From positions 1-50,366 of the forward strand of contig QWRK01000002.1 of the NCBI GenBank assembly GCA_003670455.1: 50,366 nucleotides of DNA, written 5' to 3'. The notes under the pieces are model-generated. The model was not told where the DNA came from, did no database searches, and worked only from the letters and a program-made list of their open reading frames with translations. The position numbers were made by a program, and so were the translations under genes. The stretch comes from Candidatus Aquidulcis sp. (lineage in GTDB: Bacteria; Chloroflexota; Limnocylindria; Limnocylindrales; Limnocylindraceae). Below, piece by piece: positions 19,241-27,506 of this stretch (positions are counted from its first letter, which is position 1; every line of letters begins with the position of its first letter).

Positions 19241-20094
19241 GCGTCCGCGGTATCGCAGAGGGCTTTGAGCTCCCTGATCCATCGGTCCCCGATATTGAGG
19301 GCGTCATCTTTCGCAGAGAGCAGGGCGGACTCTTCGGTCGAACGCGCTCCTACGTGGCGCTTGGGGAGTTCAGCGGACCATACGGCCTACTGCTCGCGCT
19401 GATTGAGCGCGATGAGTTGGATGTGCGCCGAGTTCCACTTGCAGGGTTTGCTGATGAGTTCCTGCGCTACTTTGCTGAGATTCCTGATGATCGACTCGAG
19501 ACGCTCTCGTCGTTTGTTTCGGTGGCGGCGCAGCTCATTGTGCTGAAGAGTCGCGCGCTACTTCCACGTCCAATCGCCGCCGCACCAGATCTCGTCAATG
19601 ATCTTGACGTCGAGGATGAGGCCGACACGCTGCGCATTCGACTGCTGCGCTACCGGGTCTTCCGTGACGCGGCGCGGGTCCTGGGTGATCGCCTGATGCA
19701 GCCGCTCTGGTATCGCGAGCCGCCTACGCGCCAGCTCCCTGGTCCGAAGGCGGCGCCAGTAGAGCCAGCCGTACCAATCAAGTCAGACCCAAAGCGCCTC
19801 CTTCGCGCCATGGTGCGCATCGCGTTGCGACGCAAGCCGCTCGCCGCCCTCTCCGCCGCCCCGGTTGGAATGAAGATCTCTATTGGCGAACGTCTGTCGG
19901 CCATTCGTGAGGCGGTCCGCCTGAACGGCGTGGCGGGGGTAGACCTAGAAACCCTCCTCGGAGACCGCCAAGACCGATCGTTCATCGCCGTGACATTCTT
20001 AGCGCTCCTGGAGCTCTCCAAGCGCCGAGGGGGTGTGGTGCGGCAAGATGCGCTGTGGGGACCAATCACAATTCTGCAGGGGGTGAGCGAATGA
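19237..20094 (+). CDS. scpA: segregation and condensation protein A
   Basis: GPYGLLLALIERDELDVRRVPLAGFADEFLRYF is a kleisin N-terminal motif. Followed by scpB. Confidence 0.9.
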   Translation: MSVRGIAEGFELPDPSVPDIEGVIFRREQGGLFGRTRSYVALGEFSGPYGLLLALIERDELDVRRVPLAGFADEFLRYFAEIPDDRLETLSSFVSVAAQLIVLKSRALLPRPIAAAPDLVNDLDVEDEADTLRIRLLRYRVFRDAARVLGDRLMQPLWYREPPTRQLPGPKAAPVEPAVPIKSDPKRLLRAMVRIALRRKPLAALSAAPVGMKISIGERLSAIREAVRLNGVAGVDLETLLGDRQDRSFIAVTFLALLELSKRRGGVVRQDALWGPITILQGVSE

Positions 20095-20750
20095 GCGACG
20101 AGGGACAGAGCGTAGCCGCAGCACCGTGGGTGGCCACGGTCGAAGATCTCGAGGCACTCCTCTTCGTCGTTGATCGTCCGATCACCCGGCGAGAGGCTGC
20201 GAAGCTCCTTGAGGCATCAAAGAGCGATGTAGACCGACTCGTAACGGCACTCACTGCCGATCTTGCAGAGCGTGGCATCACCCTGATCACGCACGGCGAC
20301 GAGCTGCAGCTGGCTAGTGGCGCAGAGCAGGCCCGAGCGGTGCTCGCCTGGGTTGGGACCGGCGGCTCTGACCTCACGGCCGCTCCACTAGAGACACTCG
20401 CCGTCATCGCGTATCGCCAGCCAGTCACCAAGGGCGGCATTGAAGAGATTCGCGGAGTCGATGCAGACTACGCCCTTCGCGTGCTCATTGAGCGGGGACT
20501 CATTGAAGAGGCTGGACGTTTGGAGACGGCTGGGCGGCCAATTCGCTACGCAACAACGCTCGAGTTCCTTCGCCGATTCGGTCTCGGCTCGCTGGCTGAC
20601 CTTCCTGCGCTTGAGGGTGATGCAGAGGCGCTTCGTCAGCTTGATCTGCGCAGTGAGGCGACTGACTCGTCATCTGCGAGTGGCGACGAGGCAGATGCAG
20701 ACACCGATGCGCCGAGCAGCCCCGCACAAGAGGACGCCGCAACTGACTGA
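20091..20750 (+). CDS. scpB: segregation and condensation protein B
   Basis: LEALLFVVDRPITRREAAKLL, LAVIAYRQPVTKGGIEEIRGV, TTLEFLRRFGL. Acidic C-terminal tail. ATGA overlap with scpA. Confidence 0.9.
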   Translation: MSDEGQSVAAAPWVATVEDLEALLFVVDRPITRREAAKLLEASKSDVDRLVTALTADLAERGITLITHGDELQLASGAEQARAVLAWVGTGGSDLTAAPLETLAVIAYRQPVTKGGIEEIRGVDADYALRVLIERGLIEEAGRLETAGRPIRYATTLEFLRRFGLGSLADLPALEGDAEALRQLDLRSEATDSSSASGDEADADTDAPSSPAQEDAATD

Positions 20751-21591
20751 TCTGATTCGCGTCAACGTTCTCGTTGCCGAACGCTCTGGTCTCTCTCGTC
20801 GGGGTGCTGACACGGCCATTGCGGGCCATCGTGTCACTACGGCGGGGCGCGCCGTTGCCCTTGGGGAGCGCCTTGATGCGCTGGCACCCCTTGAGTTAGA
20901 TGGGAACGTGCTCGTAGCGAAGCCGCGACCGTCTGCGGAGAGTGGGGATGAACTGGGCGGCGCAGAGGTGTTCGCTTGGTATAAGCCGGTGGGCGTCACC
21001 ACCACGCACGCTGACCCATACGCCACCGTGACCCTGCCACAGGCGCTAACGCCAGCACTCGGCGCCGAGCGTGCAGCGCGCATGCTCTCGATCGGGCGAC
21101 TCGATCGCGAGAGCGAGGGGCTGCTGCTGCTTACCGAAGAGCGGCGCGTTGTTTCGCCCCTCGCGCACCCTCGTGCCGGTCTGCGTCGCGCTTATGCCGC
21201 GGCAACGAAGGCCATGGTCGCGGAGGCCGAGTTCCAGCGGCTGCGTGCCGGTATTCGGCTGACCGATGGTTGGGCACACGCGATTGAGGCACGCGGGGTG
21301 CACCGCGATGACGATCTTCCAGAAGATGTGCGCGGTGGCGACATGGATCCTGGTCAGTGGAGCTTCATCTCGATCGGAGAGGGTCGACACCACGAGGTGC
21401 GCCGCCTCTACGGCGCAATCAGCCATCCCGTTCTGCGACTGATTCGCGTCGGTTATGGACCGGTCCGACTCGGTGGGCTGACTCCAGGGGAGCTTCGGCT
21501 CATCACCGAATCTGAACGACAGGAGCTCACACGCGCACTTGTTGCGGCGCCGAAAAGTAAGGCGCGACCGGTCGCACCCACGAGCAGATAA
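20707..21591 (+). CDS. rluB: pseudouridine synthase, RsuA/RluB family
   Basis: S4-like N-terminus (LSRRGADTAIAGHRVT), catalytic GRLDRESEGLLLLT and HEVRRLY. The start is ambiguous (ATG 20695 or 20707, both overlap the scpB tail). The 383-aa track ORF is too long. Confidence 0.85.
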   Translation: MRRAAPHKRTPQLTDLIRVNVLVAERSGLSRRGADTAIAGHRVTTAGRAVALGERLDALAPLELDGNVLVAKPRPSAESGDELGGAEVFAWYKPVGVTTTHADPYATVTLPQALTPALGAERAARMLSIGRLDRESEGLLLLTEERRVVSPLAHPRAGLRRAYAAATKAMVAEAEFQRLRAGIRLTDGWAHAIEARGVHRDDDLPEDVRGGDMDPGQWSFISIGEGRHHEVRRLYGAISHPVLRLIRVGYGPVRLGGLTPGELRLITESERQELTRALVAAPKSKARPVAPTSR

Positions 21592-22292
21592 TGCGCATTG
21601 CCATTGATGGCCCAGCCTCAAGTGGGAAGAGCAGCGTTGGCCGGCTCGTAGCGGAAGAGCTCGGTATCGGCTTCCTTGACACTGGCCTGCTCTATCGCGC
21701 AATTACCCGACGTGCCATTGACCTTGGCTGGTTCACGGCCCCCATCACGGCGGCGGAGGTGGCTGACACGAATCACGAACAGGTGCGGCACAACCTTACA
21801 GAGTTAGCCCGCTCGACCGACGCGCAGGGGAGTGGATCAGCTTTCACGATGGTCATTGGCGGCATCCCTCTTGCAGATTCGCAGCTTGAGGCGGCAGACG
21901 TTGAACTCTACGTTCCGGCGGTTGCATCCATTGCGAGCGTGCGAGATGCCCTCCGTGCGGTGCAGCGAAACGTGGCAGCGCGTGGTGGAGCGGTCCTCGT
22001 TGGTCGCGATATCGGCACGGTGGTACTCCCAGATGCAGAGTGCAAGATTTTCCTTGACGCGACAGCGGAGAAACGAGCAGTACGACGCGCCACGCAGCGC
22101 GGTTATGCGGTTGGCTCTGCAGAGCACCAAGCGATCCTCGCGAGCCTCATTACGCGCGATGCAGAGGATCGGGCTCGCCCTGTCGCGCCACTCGTTGCGG
22201 CGGCTGATGCCATCACCATTCATACCGATCAGATGGAGCTCGCTGATGTGGTGCAGCGGGTCGTGGCTGAGGCACGTAAGGTCGCGCGATGA
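21591..22292 (+). CDS. cmk: cytidylate kinase
   Basis: MRIAIDGPASSGKSSVGRLVAEELGIGFLDTGLLYRA P-loop and CMP-binding start. Confidence 0.95.
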   Translation: MRIAIDGPASSGKSSVGRLVAEELGIGFLDTGLLYRAITRRAIDLGWFTAPITAAEVADTNHEQVRHNLTELARSTDAQGSGSAFTMVIGGIPLADSQLEAADVELYVPAVASIASVRDALRAVQRNVAARGGAVLVGRDIGTVVLPDAECKIFLDATAEKRAVRRATQRGYAVGSAEHQAILASLITRDAEDRARPVAPLVAAADAITIHTDQMELADVVQRVVAEARKVAR

Positions 22293-22939
22293 CGGTGGAG
22301 CGCATCCCGCTCGGCATGCGCCTCTCGGAGCGATTCGGCCGCTGGGCGATGCAGCGTTTGGCGGGCGAGATCGTGGTGAGCGGTCTTGAGCGCATTCCAG
22401 CAAGTGGCCCGGTGCTACTCGCCTCAAATCACATCTCGTGGGTTGATCCGGTCCTCCTCGCCTGCTGGCTCACCCCGGCGACCGGCCGCCCAATGACGTG
22501 GATGGGGAAGGCGGAGGCGATGCGCTGGCCGCTGGTCGGTTGGTTCCTACGGGTGAATGGTGTCTTTGGGGTGCGGCGCGGCGCCGCCGACCTCGAGGCG
22601 TTCCGTCTCGCCGAGCGGATCCTCAGCGAGGGGCGCATTCTGGGGATCTACCCAGAGGGGACACGCTCACCAGACGGCATCCTGCGCCCATTTCGCGATG
22701 GGGCCGCCCTCCTGGCGCTGCGAAGCGGTGTCCCAGTCCTGCCAGTCGCGGTTACGGGCACGGACGGCCTCTGGCGGAAGGGCTCTCTCATCCCACGTCG
22801 CGTACCGCGCGTCACGCTGACGATTGGGGAACCGGTGGTGATGCCACGCGCCGAGGGGTCTCGACCCGAGCTCTCGGCCGTGAGCGGCGCCATTCACGAC
22901 GCTGTCGCAGCCCTCCTTCCTGAGGCGAATCGGCCCTAG
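22289..22939 (+). CDS. plsC: 1-acyl-sn-glycerol-3-phosphate acyltransferase
   Basis: NHISWVDP (HX4D) and IYPEGTRS motifs. Confidence 0.88.
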   Translation: MTVERIPLGMRLSERFGRWAMQRLAGEIVVSGLERIPASGPVLLASNHISWVDPVLLACWLTPATGRPMTWMGKAEAMRWPLVGWFLRVNGVFGVRRGAADLEAFRLAERILSEGRILGIYPEGTRSPDGILRPFRDGAALLALRSGVPVLPVAVTGTDGLWRKGSLIPRRVPRVTLTIGEPVVMPRAEGSRPELSAVSGAIHDAVAALLPEANRP

Positions 22940-22964
22940 GGTCGGGGTGGGCGATAATACCCAC

Positions 22965-23921
22965 ATGGGAAGTGTTGAGAACATCGTCATCGCGAAGCGC
23001 ACGGGCGTCTGCTATGGCGTCCGTGAGGCCATTGATAAGGCCAAGATCGCCCGCGCCTCTGGGAAAGAGACCCACACCCTGGGCCATGTCGTACACAACG
23101 AGGGGCTGATCGCCGACCTCCGCGCCCGTGGAATCAAGAATGTGGACCAACTTGATGAGGTCGCGTCGGGGACCGCCGTCGTTATTCGTGCGCATGGTGT
23201 GACCCCCGAGGTGCTCGGCCGCGCAGCAGAGCGTGGCCTCGAGGTGATTGATGGCACCTGCACCTGGGTGACGCAAGAGCATCGCGAGCTCGCTCGACTC
23301 GTGGAAGAGGGATACGAGATCGTTCTCCTCGGCACACCAAATCACCCGGAGGTCGTCGGCCTGCTTGGCTTTGCCCCAAATGCCATCTTGGTCGACGAAG
23401 AGGAGGATTGGGCAACCATTCCACGTCGTAAGCGCATGGCGCTGATCACGCAATCCACCCAACCGCCATGGAAGTTTGAGCGCCTGGCAGCCTTTCTTGT
23501 TTCCCGCTGTCATGAACTCAAGGTGATCAACACGGTCTGCCCAGTCACGATCCGACGCCAAGAGGACACGATTGCAATTGCCCGCGAGGTGCAGCTGATG
23601 ATCGTAGTGGGCGGCACCCGGAGCGCCAACACGAAGGAGCTCACCCGTCTCTGTGAGATTAGTGGCACGCGCGCCGTGCAGATTGAGTCTGCGCAGGCGC
23701 TAACCGATCCAGCCCTCTTTGCAAACATCCACACCGTTGGCATCACGGGTGGAACGAGCACTCCGATTGAGGACCTTGAGCGCGTTGCGCTGCAGATCGC
23801 TGAACTTGGCGGAACCGACCAGGTACGTGCCAATGCGGCATCCATTGCACGAGCCGCCCTGGAGGCTGCCGCTACGCCGCAATACCGCACCACCTCAATC
23901 ACCAGCGGTGCACCAGCATGA
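22965..23921 (+). CDS. ispH: 4-hydroxy-3-methylbut-2-enyl diphosphate reductase
   Basis: GVCYGVREAI, VVHNEGLI, TCTWVT, NTVCPVT (three Fe-S Cys contexts), SANTKEL. The track start 22947 is an alternative. Confidence 0.93.
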   Translation: MGSVENIVIAKRTGVCYGVREAIDKAKIARASGKETHTLGHVVHNEGLIADLRARGIKNVDQLDEVASGTAVVIRAHGVTPEVLGRAAERGLEVIDGTCTWVTQEHRELARLVEEGYEIVLLGTPNHPEVVGLLGFAPNAILVDEEEDWATIPRRKRMALITQSTQPPWKFERLAAFLVSRCHELKVINTVCPVTIRRQEDTIAIAREVQLMIVVGGTRSANTKELTRLCEISGTRAVQIESAQALTDPALFANIHTVGITGGTSTPIEDLERVALQIAELGGTDQVRANAASIARAALEAAATPQYRTTSITSGAPA

Positions 23922-25375
23922 GTGAGGAAGAGCTCGAGGCAGAGGCCGAAGCTGAGTCGTTACCCCGTCGCCTGCCACTCGTGGCGCTGGTTGGGCGACC
24001 AAACGTTGGGAAGAGCACCCTCTTCAATCGCTTCGTTGGCGAGCGCCGTGCCGTCGTTGAAGATCGCGCCGGTACGACCCGCGATCGACTCATCGGTATC
24101 GTCGAATGGAATGGGATGCGTTTCCGTGTGGTTGACACAGGAGGCATGCAGCCCGCCGTTGGTGATCCGATTGAGATTGGGGTGCAAGATCAGGCGCGCA
24201 TCGCGGTAGGTGCCGCCGACCTGATCCTGCTCCTTGTTGACGCAGCGACTGGCCCGAACCCTGGTGACGCCGAGGTGGCACAGCTGCTGCGCCGCAGTGG
24301 CAAGCCGATCATCCTTGTGGCGAACAAGGCCGACAACATTGAACGCGATCGCGCCGCACAGGAGTTCTCGATCCTCGGGTTTGATCGGCTTCATACGGTC
24401 AGCGCACAGCATGGCATCGGTTCTGGCGACCTTCTTGACGTCATCGTTGAGCGCCTTGAGGCACTCCCAGCAGATGCGGGCAGCGCCTATGTCGAGGGCG
24501 AGGTGACCGTCGCGATCGTCGGGCGGCCAAACGTCGGCAAGTCGAGCCTCCTCAATAAGTTGATTGGGAGTGAGCGTACGGTGGTGAGCGCCGTTGCCGG
24601 CACGACGCGCGACGCGATTGATGAGACGCTGCTGCACGCAGGGCGTCAGATCACCCTCGTTGACACCGCAGGCATTCGCAAGCGTGGCAAGGTTGCTTCG
24701 GGCCCGTCCGCAGACAAGTGGGCGACGGTCCGCTCCGTGCGCGCGCTTGATCGCGCCGACGTTGCACTTCTCCTGATTGACGCATCGACTGGCCTGCAGG
24801 CCCAGGATCTGCACATTGCAGGCTCAGTCATCGACGCAGGCAAGGGACTCGTGCTGGTGCTGAACAAGTGGGACCTCATTGAGAAGGATGGCTTTACCTT
24901 TGACGAGATTGAGGGGAAGCTCCGCCGCCAGGCGCCATTCCTTGATTTCGCTCCACTCGTCTCCATCTCAGCCGTCACGGGGCTCCGAGCGACGAAGGTG
25001 CTCGACGCTGCGGTCGCCGCCGCTGACGCGCGCAATCTGCGCATCCCAACGGGCGTGCTGAACCGCCTGATCGCCGAAGCGGTAGCCCGCCAGGAGCCGG
25101 CCCACAGCGGCAGCAAGCGCCCAAAGATCCTCTACGCCGCTCAGGCCTCAACGCCACCTCCAACCTTCGTGGTCTTCGCACGAAATGCCGCCCAGGTGCA
25201 CTTCACCTGGCAGCGCTTCCTCGAGAATCAGATCCGCGAGAAGTACCCCCTCATGGGAACGCCGATCCGCATCGTCGTACGAGAGCGGGAGGCCGAAGAG
25301 GGGCGAGAGCGCGGGCGCACCTCAAAGTCAACGAAGCGGGCACCCGCAAAGGCGAAGCCAGCCTCACGCCCATGA
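23918..25375 (+). CDS. der: ribosome biogenesis GTPase Der (EngA)
   Basis: Tandem GTPase domains (GRPNVGKSTLFNR and GRPNVGKSSLLNK, NKAD/NKWD) and a KH-like C-terminus with a basic tail. Confidence 0.95.
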   Translation: MSEEELEAEAEAESLPRRLPLVALVGRPNVGKSTLFNRFVGERRAVVEDRAGTTRDRLIGIVEWNGMRFRVVDTGGMQPAVGDPIEIGVQDQARIAVGAADLILLLVDAATGPNPGDAEVAQLLRRSGKPIILVANKADNIERDRAAQEFSILGFDRLHTVSAQHGIGSGDLLDVIVERLEALPADAGSAYVEGEVTVAIVGRPNVGKSSLLNKLIGSERTVVSAVAGTTRDAIDETLLHAGRQITLVDTAGIRKRGKVASGPSADKWATVRSVRALDRADVALLLIDASTGLQAQDLHIAGSVIDAGKGLVLVLNKWDLIEKDGFTFDEIEGKLRRQAPFLDFAPLVSISAVTGLRATKVLDAAVAAADARNLRIPTGVLNRLIAEAVARQEPAHSGSKRPKILYAAQASTPPPTFVVFARNAAQVHFTWQRFLENQIREKYPLMGTPIRIVVREREAEEGRERGRTSKSTKRAPAKAKPASRP

Positions 25376-26388
25376 GCACGATCCGCATTCTCGGCGCAGG
25401 TGCATGGGGAACCGCTTTGGCGCTCCTCTGGAGCCAGGAGCAGGGTGAGGGGCGCCCTGCTCCCGTCATCGAGCTGCTCGCTCGAACAACCGACGAGGCG
25501 GCGCTCCTGCGCAGCGCCCGCATCAACACGAGACGCCTCCCTGGCATCGCCCTGCCAGTGGCAATCAACATCTTCAGCGCCACCGATAAGCTCACTGCGC
25601 TGAGCGCCGATGACACCTTCGTGGTCACTATTCCCTCCACGGAGCTCGACCCAGACACAGCCAAGCAGATCGTGCAGTCCGCTGGAGGTGCGCCTATGGT
25701 CATCGCCTCCAAAGGGTTGTCGCTGAGCGGTGCACGGCCCTCGGAACTGCTGATCGCTGCAGGGGCAGATTCGGAGCGTCTCGCCGTCTTGTCTGGACCA
25801 AACCTCGCCAGCGAGATCGCCATGGGGAAGCCCGCAGCGGCCGTACTCGCCGGACCAGCCCATCTTGTTGAGTCCCTGCGTACACGGCTGGTACGCCCAA
25901 CCCTTCGGCTCTACCTGACCGACGACGTTGTCGGCGTTGAGATTAGCGGGGCGCTCAAGAACGTTATCGCCATCGCCGTCAGTGGTGTCCGTGCGCTCGG
26001 CTATGGCGAGAACGCTGCAGCGGCGCTCCTGTCGCGTGGCGTTGCCGAGATGGCGCGCCTCGCCGAGGCATGCGGTGGCCGCACAGAAACCGCTTGTGGG
26101 CTCGCTGGCGTTGGCGATCTTGTTGTCACCTCGTCAAACACCGGTTCACGCAATGCGAAACTTGGTGCACTCCTCGCGAGCGGCATGACTGTGCAGGCCG
26201 CTGTCGACAAGATTGGAGCAACGGTGGAGGGGATTGGCACCGCACAGGGCGCCCTGCAGCTTGCAGCTGCGCACAAACTAGAGATGCCGATTACCGCCGC
26301 GGTTGTAGCAGCGATCAGCGGAGGGGCGACCATTGAAGTGCTCGCGCGCGCGCTGCTCGGTCGCTCACCAGCGGGGGAGTGGCGCTAG
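25372..26388 (+). CDS. gpsA: NAD(P)H-dependent glycerol-3-phosphate dehydrogenase
   Basis: [16 protein letters not shown] Rossmann start, [10 protein letters not shown] and [10 protein letters not shown]. Confidence 0.93.
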   Translation: MSTIRILGAGAWGTALALLWSQEQGEGRPAPVIELLARTTDEAALLRSARINTRRLPGIALPVAINIFSATDKLTALSADDTFVVTIPSTELDPDTAKQIVQSAGGAPMVIASKGLSLSGARPSELLIAAGADSERLAVLSGPNLASEIAMGKPAAAVLAGPAHLVESLRTRLVRPTLRLYLTDDVVGVEISGALKNVIAIAVSGVRALGYGENAAAALLSRGVAEMARLAEACGGRTETACGLAGVGDLVVTSSNTGSRNAKLGALLASGMTVQAAVDKIGATVEGIGTAQGALQLAAAHKLEMPITAAVVAAISGGATIEVLARALLGRSPAGEWR

Positions 26389-26423
26389 GCTTCCTGATAC
26401 ACTGCCGAAACTTTGGACCCACT

Positions 26424-26500
26424 CGGGGCGTAGCGCAGCTTGGTAGCGCGCTTGCATGGGGTGCAAGAGGTCGCTGGTTCGAATCCAGTCGCCCCGACCA
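26424..26500 (+). tRNA. tRNA-Pro (anticodon GGG), CCA encoded
   Basis: Hand-folded cloverleaf. Acceptor CGGGGCG/CGCCCCG, D stem GCGC/GCGC, anticodon stem CTTGC/GCAAG with loop ATGGGGT, T arm GCTGG-TTCGAAT-CCAGT, then ACCA. Confidence 0.9.
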
Positions 26501-26516
26501 CATTTGTGAGCAATAG

Positions 26517-26546
26517 AAAAGGCCCGGGGTTTCCCCCGGGCCTTTT
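26517..26546. terminator. bidirectional intrinsic terminator (gpsA/tRNA-Pro from the left, rhodopsin from the right)
   Basis: AAAA-GGCCCGGGG-TTTC-CCCCGGGCC-TTTT. Perfect 9-bp GC stem with T-tracts on both strands, between convergent units. Confidence 0.85.
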
Positions 26547-26559
26547 CCTGTATCCGAGC

Positions 26560-26577
26560 CCGACGGTTTCCCGTCGG
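26560..26577 (-). terminator. second GC hairpin immediately after the rhodopsin stop
   Basis: CCGACGG-TTTC-CCGTCGG, 7-bp stem and the same TTTC loop as the main terminator. No T-tract of its own. Confidence 0.4.
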
Positions 26578-26584
26578 AAGGGGA

Positions 26585-27325
26585 TTACTTCGAAGAACCG
26601 TTCTTCAGGGTTGCGATCTTCCAGATGAGGAGACCGTAGCCCGGCTTGGCCAGGATGTCGGCAATCGTGTATCCGACCTGCTTCAGCACGAGGCCGTCCT
26701 GGGCCGTAAGGCCAAGGTTGCCTGCGATTGCTGGAAGAAGGTAGGCGATTGGGTAGACGCCCCACGTCGCAATAAGCACGACGCGAAGGATCTTGAAGAT
26801 CCCCTGGATGTCCTTGCTCTGCTTCTTGATCGAGGCATCGATGCCGCCGAACAGGTCGCGGAGGATCAGGACGAAGAAGACTGAGCTGATTGCGCCCCAG
26901 ATGGTGCGCGGTGAAGCCAAGTCAACCGACGTGATGTTCGTCATCTCGCCGACGTAGCCGGTTGCGATCATCAAGAACGCATAGACCACGTTTCGCTTGA
27001 TCAGCGTGCTCTCAAGCTTCTTGTCGAGCTTGAGTACGAGCACGAGCTCAGCAACGAGGAGCGGCACCGTCAGGAGCCAGTCCACGTATCGGTACGCCTC
27101 GTTGAACGGGGCGCCCGTGGTGCCGAAGGCGACCCACGAGTCGAAGATTCGGACGTAGTGGTAGAACGCGATCAGCACAACTACGGCTGAGAGCGTTACC
27201 GCCATCCGGTTCCCCTCCTTCAGAGCTCCGCGTGCGGAGACGAAGAAGAAGAAGCTTGCGCCCATCGCCGCAATGGCGAGGGACATGAAGTTGTAGACCA
27301 ACTGATAGGCATCTGCTGCGCTCAT
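26585..27325 (-). CDS. type-1 microbial rhodopsin, proteorhodopsin/xanthorhodopsin-like, predicted outward proton pump (DTE motif)
   Basis: 246 aa, 7 hydrophobic helices. AFYHY (PR His75 equivalent). RYVDWLLTVPLLVAE gives D82/T86/E93. GYVGE and YPIAY are present. YTIADILAKPGYG gives D223 and Schiff-base K227 (codon 26645-26647). ATG 27323-27325 is preceded by AAGGGAGAG. The 33 extra residues of the track ORF are Arg-rich and not protein-like. Confidence 0.92.
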   Translation of the reverse strand: MSAADAYQLVYNFMSLAIAAMGASFFFFVSARGALKEGNRMAVTLSAVVVLIAFYHYVRIFDSWVAFGTTGAPFNEAYRYVDWLLTVPLLVAELVLVLKLDKKLESTLIKRNVVYAFLMIATGYVGEMTNITSVDLASPRTIWGAISSVFFVLILRDLFGGIDASIKKQSKDIQGIFKILRVVLIATWGVYPIAYLLPAIAGNLGLTAQDGLVLKQVGYTIADILAKPGYGLLIWKIATLKNGSSK

Positions 27326-27376
27326 CAATGGCTCTCCCTTACTGCTTCTGCGACCTCTTCGGATCGCTGTGGATAA

Positions 27377-27445
27377 GTATCGCAAATTTCGGGGGCTATG
27401 TTGCGATACCGCAATATTTCGCAACTGTTACATCTTTCTGTAACA
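27377..27445. promoter_or_regulatory. AT-rich divergent promoter/operator region with multiple dyad repeats
   Basis: Between divergent starts 27325 (-) and 27507 (+). TATCGCAA (27378-27385) and TTGCGATA (27401-27408) form a perfect 8-bp inverted repeat. GTTGCGA (27400-27406) pairs with TCGCAAC (27419-27425). TGTTACA (27426-27432) pairs with TGTAACA (27439-27445). Direct repeats GTATCGCAAATTTC and GATACCGCAATATTTC lie about 30 bp apart. Confidence 0.6.
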
Positions 27446-27506
27446 AATGAGATTTTCCACGGGCCCGCGGGAGGCGCTAGTCTGCGAGGGAGGGAAAGGG
27501 GGAGCC

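Noticed and set aside
26424-26500. tRNA-Pro as an integration site for a rhodopsin-bearing genomic island
   Set aside because: There is no integrase, transposase or phage gene anywhere in the window. By eye I found no repeat of the tRNA 3' end (GGTTCGAATCCAGTCGCCCCGACCA) near 27.3-30.1 kb. Hand counts on a few 60-nt lines gave about 53-63% GC inside the rhodopsin gene against about 62% in gpsA, too small and too poorly sampled to call foreign DNA.
26585-27325. Heliorhodopsin or sensory rhodopsin assignment
   Set aside because: The helix C motif RYVDWLLTVPLL with D/T/E, the His in helix B and the helix G ADxxxK arrangement are those of PR/XR-type type-1 pumps. No transducer gene is adjacent.
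26585-27424. Long form (279 aa) of the rhodopsin ORF starting at 27424
   Set aside because: The extra 33 residues (MRNIAVSQHSPRNLRYLSTAIRRGRRSSKGEPL) are Arg-rich, run through the AT-rich operator region and lack a Shine-Dalgarno. ATG 27323-27325 has AAGGGAGAG upstream and gives a normal short rhodopsin N-terminus.
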